Virus record (IMG/VR): IMGVR_UViG_3300020045_013107 | Location: 1 to 36,092 of that record | DNA: 36,092 nt | Origin: a virus | Taxonomy: Duplodnaviria; Caudoviricetes | Strand: one strand, 5' to 3' | In this document: piece by piece, positions 8,889-16,491 of the stretch | How the letters are laid out: each line of letters opens with the position of its first letter | Position numbering within the stretch: position 1 is the first letter of the stretch | Notes under the pieces: model-generated | Database searches by the model: none | What the model was told of the DNA's origin: nothing | Seen by the model: the letters and a program-made list of their open reading frames with translations, nothing else | Translations under genes and position numbers: made by a program

Positions 8889-10787
8889 TCAAAATGGAAC
8901 TTCATTAAATACTGGCAATGTTTGCTGCTGTGGTAAAAATCTTTCCCAATCTATCGCCTTTCTTACTATCTCGTTATTTTTCAATTCTTCTAATAAAGAA
9001 GATTCATCATTATATGTTGTATCAATTTTAAGTAATTTACCGTATCCACGATTTTTTAATATCTCAATATGCCCATCAATATTAATATTCTTCTGTTCTT
9101 CGTCGTATTCTCTAGATACATTCATTATAGTATCAACTTTATTTGGTATATCTGAACTTCCAGATATTTGATAATAATCAACGTCTGTTTGTCCTTTCTG
9201 TTGTGTTTTATTAGGATGTACAACAAGTATAATGTGCAAATTATAATTTACCGCTAAGTCATGGCATGTTTGAACAAATTCGGCTTGTTTCTCATTTTTC
9301 TCCAAACTATTAGCAGTTAACAATGACATAAGATTATCTAATATAATAAGATCTATCTTTTCAACATTAACTATATATTTAATTTTCTCAAACAATTCTT
9401 CGGTTGTTTTAATTTTTGCATCTGACTTTGTATATAAATACAACTTTTTATAATGCCATTTTTGAAGGGCTTCCAATACATGTTTTTTTGGTTCCATTAT
9501 ATATTTCCTTCCAAATCTTTCTAATGTATAATATTTGGAACAATGAGCAATTAATTTTTTATAAGTATTATTCAAAATGTTTTCAGTATGATGTTCCCCG
9601 TCAACTCTAGCGACTGAATAACCTTTATCAATTGCATTATTTTGTATTTGTTCAATAAATGTTGTTTTTCCTTCTCCTGGTCTTCCAGAAATAAGCGTTA
9701 CCCGCCTTGATTCTAATTCATTTATACAGTCGTCAATGCTTTCGATTCCTGTTGGTATAAACTTAGTACCTGCATTTATTAACCCCTTATATGGCATTGC
9801 TGTAACGTCCCTGTAACCATCAAATTTAATGCATGCAGAATTAACAAGTTTTTCAATAGCTGCTGCACCTTTTTTAAAATATTCTTCGTTTATATCTTTT
9901 CCATCCATCAATGACTTATCTATTAGTTTTACTTTTTCACCTAATTTATCAATAAAAAATTTATCCATGTCATGCCCTGCCTGGTCATTATCAGATAAAA
10001 CAATTATGCTTTTATACTGTTTAAGGTAATCAATTTCCCTATCAATAACTTTTGCGGCTTGTCCTGCTCCATCTGGAATTGATATTGCATTATTAAAACC
10101 ACATTGTACTAAACAAATACAATCAAACTCACCTTCTGTAATATATAGAATATCTTTGTTTTCAAAATTAGTTTGATTCCAAAAATTTTTATCTTTACTT
10201 CCTGGAACCGCTGTAAATCTTTTCCCTTTTTCAATCTTCCCTGGATGTCTTAATTTAACCCCCACAATGTTATTATCTTTTTTATAAACAAATGCAATTT
10301 TACCTTTATAACTTTTAATTTCAAAAGAATTCAAATTATTTATATCTATTTTTCTGGTTTTTATATAATTCAACTGGTTTTCATCTAGTTCTTTTAACTG
10401 GCTTTCATCTATGATATCTATTGGTTTTGATTCTTTTAACTGGTTTTTATATTGGGTTCTTTCTGGTTTTTTTTTGTTTTCTTTACTTACTGGATCTATC
10501 AAACCAAATTCGCTCATAATATGCATAAAACTTTTACATTCTATCTCAGTATGGTAATTATAAATATCTAATATATAGCCACAAGTAAAGCAATAGAATT
10601 GATTTAAATCATAATCCCATGACATAGATGGGTTTTTATCCCCATTCTTATGTTTACTAATATTGATACATTTATAATTAGATCCTTTCTGTTCTAATCC
10701 ATAAGCATTGATAATAATATCTTTCGCTGCTGGTCCTATCTTGTTTTTTAATTCTATAATTAGATCCTTTTGTGATTTGTCAAACAT
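8889..10787 (-). CDS. Bifunctional primase-helicase (Zn finger, TOPRIM, SF4/DnaB-like; T7 gp4/Twinkle type)
   Basis: C..SKH...CFTC zinc finger, ITEGEFD and DNDQAG TOPRIM motifs, Walker A GRPGEGKT, IILDNL, VVHPNK, ISGSSDI and LKNR. Confidence 0.92.
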   Translation of the reverse strand: MFDKSQKDLIIELKNKIGPAAKDIIINAYGLEQKGSNYKCINISKHKNGDKNPSMSWDYDLNQFYCFTCGYILDIYNYHTEIECKSFMHIMSEFGLIDPVSKENKKKPERTQYKNQLKESKPIDIIDESQLKELDENQLNYIKTRKIDINNLNSFEIKSYKGKIAFVYKKDNNIVGVKLRHPGKIEKGKRFTAVPGSKDKNFWNQTNFENKDILYITEGEFDCICLVQCGFNNAISIPDGAGQAAKVIDREIDYLKQYKSIIVLSDNDQAGHDMDKFFIDKLGEKVKLIDKSLMDGKDINEEYFKKGAAAIEKLVNSACIKFDGYRDVTAMPYKGLINAGTKFIPTGIESIDDCINELESRRVTLISGRPGEGKTTFIEQIQNNAIDKGYSVARVDGEHHTENILNNTYKKLIAHCSKYYTLERFGRKYIMEPKKHVLEALQKWHYKKLYLYTKSDAKIKTTEELFEKIKYIVNVEKIDLIILDNLMSLLTANSLEKNEKQAEFVQTCHDLAVNYNLHIILVVHPNKTQQKGQTDVDYYQISGSSDIPNKVDTIMNVSREYDEEQKNINIDGHIEILKNRGYGKLLKIDTTYNDESSLLEELKNNEIVRKAIDWERFLPQQQTLPVFNEVPF

Positions 10788-10820
10788 ATTAAAACCCCTT
10801 TCAAAACATAATATATATTA

Positions 10821-10849
10821 ATAATATATTACATACTTTAGTATGTCAA
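10821..10849 (-). promoter_or_regulatory. Sigma-A promoter with the same palindromic operator
   Basis: TTGACA-N17-TATTAT; operator ACATACT-TT-AGTATGT at 10831-10846. Confidence 0.75.
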
Positions 10850-10857
10850 CATTTCTT

Positions 10858-11661
10858 TTATTTATACATTCTAACTTTTGGCTTTTCCTTTTTAACTGTT
10901 GACTTCTGGATTTCTGGTTTGTAACCAGATTTAATAATTAGATTAGAAAATTTTGCTCTTAGTTTTTGCCCTGATAAAATATTCTTTTTCCAAAAACTAT
11001 CATTGTTTACCCATTTAATAACCGCGGCAACTTCTTCTGCTGTTCTTCCATCCACTTCGATTAATAATTTAATTTCGTTAGCCCACGAAATTATGGATTT
11101 TTCTGTTATATTGCATTTTCTGTCAAGTGTTTTTATATTGTTAACCAATTGCATACAAATTTTATAATATGGGGAATCTTCATCAATGGATGGTTTTATT
11201 TTAGGATTCTTTGTTTGTTTTTGGTTTCTGTTATCTTCCATCTTTATAACTTTTAAATCTGGTTTTTGGTTTACTTCTGGTTCTTGGTTTTCTTCTGGTT
11301 CTTTAATTTGGCTTGTATGATAGATTTCATACTCCGGATAGTATTCTTTTAAAAAATCTTTATCTAATGAGTACCATTGCGTTTTATCATATTTGAATTT
11401 ATTATAATTCCCTATAAATAAAACATTTTCCGCTTCAAGTTTATCGATAACATTTCTTATCTTTTTAACACTTAGCACCTTTATATTATTGCTTAATTCT
11501 TGATACGTGTTATATGTCCAATAAAAACCATCTATATAATTATTATTTTTAGCTTTGTTCCCACTGAGACATAAAACCAGATAATTTATAAATATTGATT
11601 CATTCAATCCATATTTTAAAGAAATATTTACTTTTCCCATGAAAAAACTATATTCACCCAT
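10858..11661 (-). CDS. Phage replication initiator / replisome organiser
   Basis: N-terminal wHTH-like region (DGFYWTYNTY...GNYNKFKYDKTQWY) and lambda-O-like C-terminus (WANEIKLLIEVDGRT...DSFWKKNILSGQKLRAKF). ATG 11661 lies 7 nt after GGAGG. Confidence 0.8.
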   Translation of the reverse strand: MGEYSFFMGKVNISLKYGLNESIFINYLVLCLSGNKAKNNNYIDGFYWTYNTYQELSNNIKVLSVKKIRNVIDKLEAENVLFIGNYNKFKYDKTQWYSLDKDFLKEYYPEYEIYHTSQIKEPEENQEPEVNQKPDLKVIKMEDNRNQKQTKNPKIKPSIDEDSPYYKICMQLVNNIKTLDRKCNITEKSIISWANEIKLLIEVDGRTAEEVAAVIKWVNNDSFWKKNILSGQKLRAKFSNLIIKSGYKPEIQKSTVKKEKPKVRMYK

Positions 11662-11700
11662 TTTCAATCCTCCATATTATTATTAATTATGTTTTTCCCA

Positions 11701-11729
11701 TTGACTGATATTACAAAAAATGTTATGAT
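11701..11729 (+). promoter_or_regulatory. Promoter for the antisense RNA
   Basis: TTGACT-N17-TATGAT with an extended -10 TG. Confidence 0.65.
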
Positions 11730-11735
11730 ATTCAT

Positions 11736-11868
11736 ATAGTGATAGCAAATAAATCTCAATATCCACATTAAGATTTATTAATATCTTTCTATTGTCACTA
11801 TAAACCGAATATTGAAAAATTGTTTTTTAGTTTTGTTTAATCGGGTCCGAGATAAGGACCCTATTTTT
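11736..11868 (+). ncRNA. Putative counter-transcribed (antisense) RNA of about 130 nt
   Basis: Has its own promoter, a long interrupted hairpin (11736-11801) and an intrinsic terminator GGGTCC-N7-GGACCC-TATTTTT; antisense to the initiator leader. Confidence 0.6.
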
Positions 11869-11876
11869 ATTTATAA

Positions 11877-12068
11877 TTATCCTATCTTCTTAACTTTATT
11901 TTTATTTTTTTCAATAAAATCATTTACATTTTTTTCTGTAAATCTCAAATGTTTTCCAAACCTATAAAATTCTAATTCCCTTTTATATACATGCTTTCTA
12001 ATTGTAGATACTGTTAATTTTAATGTTTTTGATATTTCTTCTATAGTATAAAATTTATCATCCATCAT
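11877..12068 (-). CDS. Excisionase-family (HTH_17) DNA-binding protein
   Basis: FYTIEEISKTLKLTVSTIRKHVYKRELEFYRFGKHLRF. Confidence 0.88.
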   Translation of the reverse strand: MMDDKFYTIEEISKTLKLTVSTIRKHVYKRELEFYRFGKHLRFTEKNVNDFIEKNKNKVKKIG

Positions 12069-12103
12069 ATATCCCCCCTTTTTTTTTACTGTTACTATCC
12101 ATT

Positions 12104-12132
12104 ATTATATGTTATTTAATTTTTTATGTCAA
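12104..12132 (-). promoter_or_regulatory. Consensus sigma-A promoter of the leftward replication operon
   Basis: TTGACA-N17-TATAAT. Confidence 0.85.
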
Positions 12133-12167
12133 TTAAAATATTAATATTGGTATGCTTCACTAATAGC

Positions 12168-12231
12168 CCCATTTGCCCTTTGGGCATTTCCCATTTGCCC
12201 TTTGGGCATTTCCCATTTGCCCTTTGGGCAT
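12168..12231. repeat. Three tandem 22-bp iterons (origin A)
   Basis: CCCATTTGCCCTTTGGGCATTT x3 (third copy 20 bp), followed by AT-rich 12-bp repeats CAATAATATAAA. Confidence 0.85.
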
Positions 12232-12429
12232 AACGATACCAATAATATAAACAATAATATAAACAATAAAGAGATATAGAACAATTATTATATTTGCTTT
12301 TATTTTAAAAATTACATCCTTTTTAGAATCTTACTAGCATTTAAATTTCAAGGTTTTTTGTTGTTTTAAAAATATGCAAAACCCCACATGACCTTTTACT
12401 TATTTTTAATAAAAGCAAAAAAGATCTTT

Positions 12430-12493
12430 TATAAATCTGGTTTTATAGTTGGTCACCAGCTATAACAGGCATGAAATATAAATCTGGTTTTAT
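12430..12493. repeat. 17-bp direct repeats flanking a near-palindrome
   Basis: TATAAATCTGGTTTTAT at 12430 and 12477; TATAGTTGG-tca-CCAGCTATA at 12444-12464. Confidence 0.7.
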
Positions 12494-12517
12494 TCCTGGT
12501 TTGTATGTCAATTAGTG

Positions 12518-12546
12518 TTTACAAATTACATACCAAATGGTATAAT
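12518..12546 (+). promoter_or_regulatory. Sigma-A promoter of the rightward operon
   Basis: TTTACA-N17-TATAAT with an extended -10; palindrome ATACCA-AA-TGGTAT overlaps it. Confidence 0.8.
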
Positions 12547-12571
12547 GTTAATATAATAAAAAAATGGAGGT

Positions 12572-12838
12572 TTGAAAAAAATGAAATATATTAGGAAGAA
12601 TTTTAAATTTAACCCAACTAAAGATAGGAAAATATTAGATATATTAGAAAACCAAGGATATGGAGGACAAACCGACTGTATAAGGCTTTCAATAGATATA
12701 CTAGTTGTATTGTTTGGTGATAATGTAAATATTGACGAAATAAATAAACAGATAAAAATAAATGGTCTTATAAATGTAATAGATTCAAATATAAGAAACG
12801 TTAAAAATTTAAACCATATAGAGGTGATAAAAACATGA
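12572..12838 (+). CDS. Putative ribbon-helix-helix DNA-binding protein
   Basis: GGAGG RBS; alternating strand RKNFKFN followed by two helices (DRKILDILE, QTDCIRLSIDIL). Confidence 0.55.
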   Translation: MKKMKYIRKNFKFNPTKDRKILDILENQGYGGQTDCIRLSIDILVVLFGDNVNIDEINKQIKINGLINVIDSNIRNVKNLNHIEVIKT

Positions 12839-13200
12839 AGAATGAAATTGAACTTACAAAAAAAGAAAATTCAATAAGTAAAGAGAGGAATAATAATATT
12901 TTTAGTTGTCTATTGTGTAAATCAGATAATATTGTTATATCTAAAGATATTAGGATATTAGTAAATCCATGTGATTCTATAAATATTAACAAAGGTACTT
13001 TTAATAAAAAAACTACCAGAATATATTCAGTACTTGATAATGGTTATTTTTTAATTAAATGCAATGATTGCAAATTCGAAAAAGAAATAGACACAAAAAC
13101 CAATTATAATATAGCGGCAGGCAGTAATTCAAACAAAGAAAAGTTATACGAAAGTGTTCAAAATAACCCCAAAAATGGCACATATTTAAAAAACCGATAA
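12835..13200 (+). CDS. Hypothetical zinc-ribbon protein
   Basis: Two CxxC pairs (CLLC, CNDC); ATGA overlap with the previous gene. Confidence 0.7.
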   Translation: MKNEIELTKKENSISKERNNNIFSCLLCKSDNIVISKDIRILVNPCDSININKGTFNKKTTRIYSVLDNGYFLIKCNDCKFEKEIDTKTNYNIAAGSNSNKEKLYESVQNNPKNGTYLKNR

Positions 13201-13211
13201 CTAAAAAGGAG

Positions 13212-13685
13212 ATGAAAAAAATGTTGAGTCGAACTCATGTAAGTATTGGCATATTAACAGCACTAAGCTTTTTAATATTTAAAACAGATCAACCTATTAA
13301 TTTAAGGGAATTTATTCCGGGGGCGGTATTAGGATCAATAATTCCTGACATTGATACTGCTAGAAGTTGGGCGGCTCAAACAATACCATTTATTGATGAT
13401 CTTTTAAGAAAGTTGGGTGTATTATCGCATAGAGGATTGGCACACGGGAATGAAAAAATAATAGGAATATTCATTATTTCATCACTATTATATTGGATAT
13501 ACTTCAAGTATTACACTAATGATTTAATGTTAGGTTTAAGCATAGGGTATATAAGTCACATAATAGCAGACTACATTGCAAAACATATTAAATTAACTTG
13601 TAAAAAACATGATGGATGTATATTTAAATTAGCATGGATGATAAATATATTACTTTTAATAAAAATTAATAAGGGAGGTGTTTAA
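13212..13685 (+). CDS. Membrane-bound metal-dependent hydrolase (YdjM family)
   Basis: RTH, GSIIPDIDT, HRGLAH and GYISHIIAD motifs with TM segments. Confidence 0.88.
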   Translation: MKKMLSRTHVSIGILTALSFLIFKTDQPINLREFIPGAVLGSIIPDIDTARSWAAQTIPFIDDLLRKLGVLSHRGLAHGNEKIIGIFIISSLLYWIYFKYYTNDLMLGLSIGYISHIIADYIAKHIKLTCKKHDGCIFKLAWMINILLLIKINKGGV

Positions 13686-13686
13686 T

Positions 13687-13788
13687 GTGAGTGTAATTAT
13701 TATCTTAATAATGGTTAAATGGGCATTGATGATAAAAACATTGATGAATATGTTACTTATAATAAAAATTAATAAAGGAAGTATTTAA
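13687..13788 (+). CDS. 33-aa hydrophobic peptide created by a local tandem duplication (not in ORF track)
   Basis: GGAGGT RBS and GTG start: MSVIIILIMVKWALMIKTLMNMLLIIKINKGSI. Confidence 0.5.
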   Translation: MSVIIILIMVKWALMIKTLMNMLLIIKINKGSI

Positions 13789-13789
13789 T

Positions 13790-14749
13790 ATGTATGTAAT
13801 TGTTATTTTAATAATAGTTGGTTTGATAATTTTGTCATATATTTTAGATGGAATTATTAAATCCAAAAATAATTATAATGAAATAATATTTTGTTTATCT
13901 AATTTTGGTCTATACGATACTGATTTTAATAATAATCAAATAATTCATAATGACCCAGTAAATAAAAATAATGATTCTAAGTTTTTAGATTTAATAAAAA
14001 AAGTAGATACAAATAATTTTAAATTACCTTGGGTTGTTGGACTTGATACAAATGGCAATATAATATTAAAGGATATTTCGGAGGCACCACATATTTTAAT
14101 AGCTGGATGTACTGGATCCGGAAAATCAGTAGCATTAAACACATTAATCTGCAGTTTGATATTATCAACATCATCTGCAGATGTTGAATTAATTTTAATA
14201 GATCCCAAAATGATTGAGTTAAATTTTTATTCATCCATACCACACTTAAGAACAAACATAATAACAGAAATAAATGAAGCTTCTAGTATATTGGACACAA
14301 TAATTAAAGATATGAACAATAGATATAAATTATTAGCAGATGTAAAAGTTAAAAGTTTAGAAGCTTTGTATCAAAAAACTAAAATAAAATTAAAAAGGTT
14401 AGTCATTTGCTTTGATGAATTTGCAGATTTTACACTACAAGATAAAAGTATACAAAATAAAATTACTTTAATTGCTCAAAAATCAAGGGCTTGCGGTATA
14501 CATTTAGTAATAGCAACACAAAAACCAATTAAGGAAATAATTGATACTAAAATTAAAGCAAACATTCCTGTCGTTATTGCTTTAAGGACTACAAATAAAA
14601 ATGAATCAAGGGTTATATTAGACATGAACGGTTGCGAGATATTAAAAGGTAAAGGCGATATGCAAATAAAAGATATTAATGGAATGACTAGGGTACAAGG
14701 TTCATTTATATCAGATGATGATATCGAAAATATATGTAATAAATTCTAA
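13790..14749 (+). CDS. FtsK/SpoIIIE-family DNA translocase motor with a single N-terminal TM and no gamma domain
   Basis: PHILIAGCTGSGKS, LILIDPKMIEL, ICFDEFAD, RACGIHLVIATQKP, SRVILD..G.E.LKGKGDM and RVQGSFISD. Confidence 0.92.
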   Translation: MYVIVILIIVGLIILSYILDGIIKSKNNYNEIIFCLSNFGLYDTDFNNNQIIHNDPVNKNNDSKFLDLIKKVDTNNFKLPWVVGLDTNGNIILKDISEAPHILIAGCTGSGKSVALNTLICSLILSTSSADVELILIDPKMIELNFYSSIPHLRTNIITEINEASSILDTIIKDMNNRYKLLADVKVKSLEALYQKTKIKLKRLVICFDEFADFTLQDKSIQNKITLIAQKSRACGIHLVIATQKPIKEIIDTKIKANIPVVIALRTTNKNESRVILDMNGCEILKGKGDMQIKDINGMTRVQGSFISDDDIENICNKF

Positions 14750-14764
14750 ACAGGATGTGATAAT

Positions 14765-15139
14765 ATGAGTATTACAAATTTAGGCATACAAGGTGAAAAA
14801 AAAGCCCGTGAACTTATATTAAAAAAAATACGCCCCGAAATGTTAACACAGATTGATTGGCTTGCAAAAATTAAAAATAAATGGGTTTCTTTTGAGGTGA
14901 AAAATAAAGAACGTTTTAAAGCTCCACCATTTGACGGTCATGGTCTACCAGTAAAACAAAAAAATTATAGAATAGAATTATATAATGATACTGGTATACG
15001 ATGCGTTTTTCTAGTAATAGAACCTGATACTGATATTATTTATTACCAATGGCTTGATGTTCTTGAAAAAAACAAAAATTTTTTTGATACAAAACAAAAT
15101 ATCAGAATTTATAATATAACTGAATTTAAAAGGATGTGA
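14765..15139 (+). CDS. Putative PD-(D/E)XK nuclease
   Basis: G.QGEK.A helix, then IDWL and SFEVK motifs. Confidence 0.6.
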   Translation: MSITNLGIQGEKKARELILKKIRPEMLTQIDWLAKIKNKWVSFEVKNKERFKAPPFDGHGLPVKQKNYRIELYNDTGIRCVFLVIEPDTDIIYYQWLDVLEKNKNFFDTKQNIRIYNITEFKRM

Positions 15140-15143
15140 TGGA

Positions 15144-15596
15144 TTGTATATAAGAAAAGAAGCAATCAAAATATATTTATATAATATTGATTGCTTAATA
15201 GCAGAAATAGATTTATTAAAAAAAGAAATTGAAATATTTGAAAATGAAGAATATATTTTACATCCTTTAAAATCTTCTCAATTATCATACATGCCAAAAT
15301 CAGGAATTAATGGAGCATCACCAGTTGAATCATTTGCATTTAAACAAAACCAATATTTGCAAAGCTTAATTGATAAGGAATTACATTTAAGGGCTTTACA
15401 TATATCAATAAAAATTGTTTTAAATAGGTTGAAGCCTTTCGAAAAAGATGTATATGATTGTAGAAAAAATAATTTAACATATGAATCTATATCTGATGAA
15501 TTAAAAAAATCAGATAGATATATAAAAATAGTTTCAAAAAGAATAATAGATAATATTTATGATAATTACAAAGAATATTCAAAGGCTTTAACCTGA
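15144..15596 (+). CDS. RinA/ArpU-like late transcriptional activator
   Basis: SYMPKSG...SPVE motif and C-terminal sigma-r4-like HTH (TYESISDELKKSDRYI). Confidence 0.7.
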   Translation: MYIRKEAIKIYLYNIDCLIAEIDLLKKEIEIFENEEYILHPLKSSQLSYMPKSGINGASPVESFAFKQNQYLQSLIDKELHLRALHISIKIVLNRLKPFEKDVYDCRKNNLTYESISDELKKSDRYIKIVSKRIIDNIYDNYKEYSKALT

Positions 15597-15622
15597 AAAA
15601 CATATTAGGAGGTTAACGCATA

Positions 15623-15925
15623 ATGTCAATATATAATATAATTTATAATAGGATAATAGTTGATATTAAAAGATCTAAAATCTTGTTAAATAAATTAGCT
15701 AATAGTAGAAAAAATAATACTAATAAAATACTAAAAATAAGAGAAAATATATTAAATAAACAAGCTTTGTTACTATTCATTGAAAATATAAATACTCAGG
15801 AAGATTATTTATTAAATATGGACACTGGTAACAAATACTATATAAATACAGATAATGAAAGTGATGATAATTTACTTGATTTCATAGTAAAAGAAGTTAT
15901 AACCGTATTAAGCGCAGTAAATTAA
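15623..15925 (+). CDS. Hypothetical protein
   Basis: AGGAGG RBS, 100 aa. Confidence 0.7.
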   Translation: MSIYNIIYNRIIVDIKRSKILLNKLANSRKNNTNKILKIRENILNKQALLLFIENINTQEDYLLNMDTGNKYYINTDNESDDNLLDFIVKEVITVLSAVN

Positions 15926-15992
15926 TTAAAAGCAGTATGTATTGTATAATGTGGTCATATCAAAGCAACATACAAATACATACTGCTTTTAA
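15926..15992. terminator. Long inverted repeat between convergent operons (bidirectional terminator)
   Basis: 18-bp perfect arms TTAAAAGCAGTATGTATT / AATACATACTGCTTTTAA. Confidence 0.7.
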
Positions 15993-15998
15993 ATTTGA

Positions 15999-16079
15999 TT
16001 ATAGATAAATCAATATACACATAATGCTTCCAACTAAACTTTTTGAAATGAAAATAAATGCTTTTGACTTCAAATCCAT
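15999..16079 (-). CDS. Possible 26-aa hydrophobic peptide (not in ORF track)
   Basis: AAGGTTGTG upstream of ATG: MDLKSKAFIFISKSLVGSIMCILIYL. Confidence 0.35.
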   Translation of the reverse strand: MDLKSKAFIFISKSLVGSIMCILIYL

Positions 16080-16093
16080 CACAACCTTATTTG

Positions 16094-16468
16094 TTATATA
16101 TTTTTTTTATCATTAGCTGGATCTTTTCCATTCTGAGTTAATTTCTCAACATTTTCAGCTTGTGTTAAATCATTAGGATCAACTAATTTTAATTTTACTT
16201 CTTTAACTTTACATTTTAAATTATTGAAAGATATTTCAACCATTTTCATTCTTTTCTTTTCATTATTAGCCATGTTTTGATTTTCTTTTACAATTTGTTT
16301 TGATTCTTCATCATTTAATTTTTCATATTCTTTTATTATTAGCTCATAACTTTCTAAATTAATTTTCATGTCGAGATATCTAATTTGAAATTGTTCCATT
16401 CTTTTTAAAATGATTTTATTTTCAATATCTTCTGGTAAATCATTTATTGTCATTTCTTTAATATCCAT
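16094..16468 (-). CDS. Hypothetical coiled-coil protein at the end of the tail operon
   Basis: AAGGTGG RBS before ATG 16468. Confidence 0.7.
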   Translation of the reverse strand: MDIKEMTINDLPEDIENKIILKRMEQFQIRYLDMKINLESYELIIKEYEKLNDEESKQIVKENQNMANNEKKRMKMVEISFNNLKCKVKEVKLKLVDPNDLTQAENVEKLTQNGKDPANDKKNI

Positions 16469-16491
16469 GATATATACCACCTTTTTTTATT

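Noticed and set aside
10801-10828. Partial match (AATATATATTATGT) to the Bacillus dif site; also ACTTCCTA at 32699
   Set aside because: Only one arm matches at each place, in very AT-rich DNA that overlaps a promoter or RBS.
11877-12068. HTH_17 gene as evidence of integration
   Set aside because: No integrase or att core was found, and this family also includes plain regulators.
12168-12231. Palindromic repeats as a mini CRISPR array
   Set aside because: The repeats are contiguous with no spacers, and there are no cas genes.
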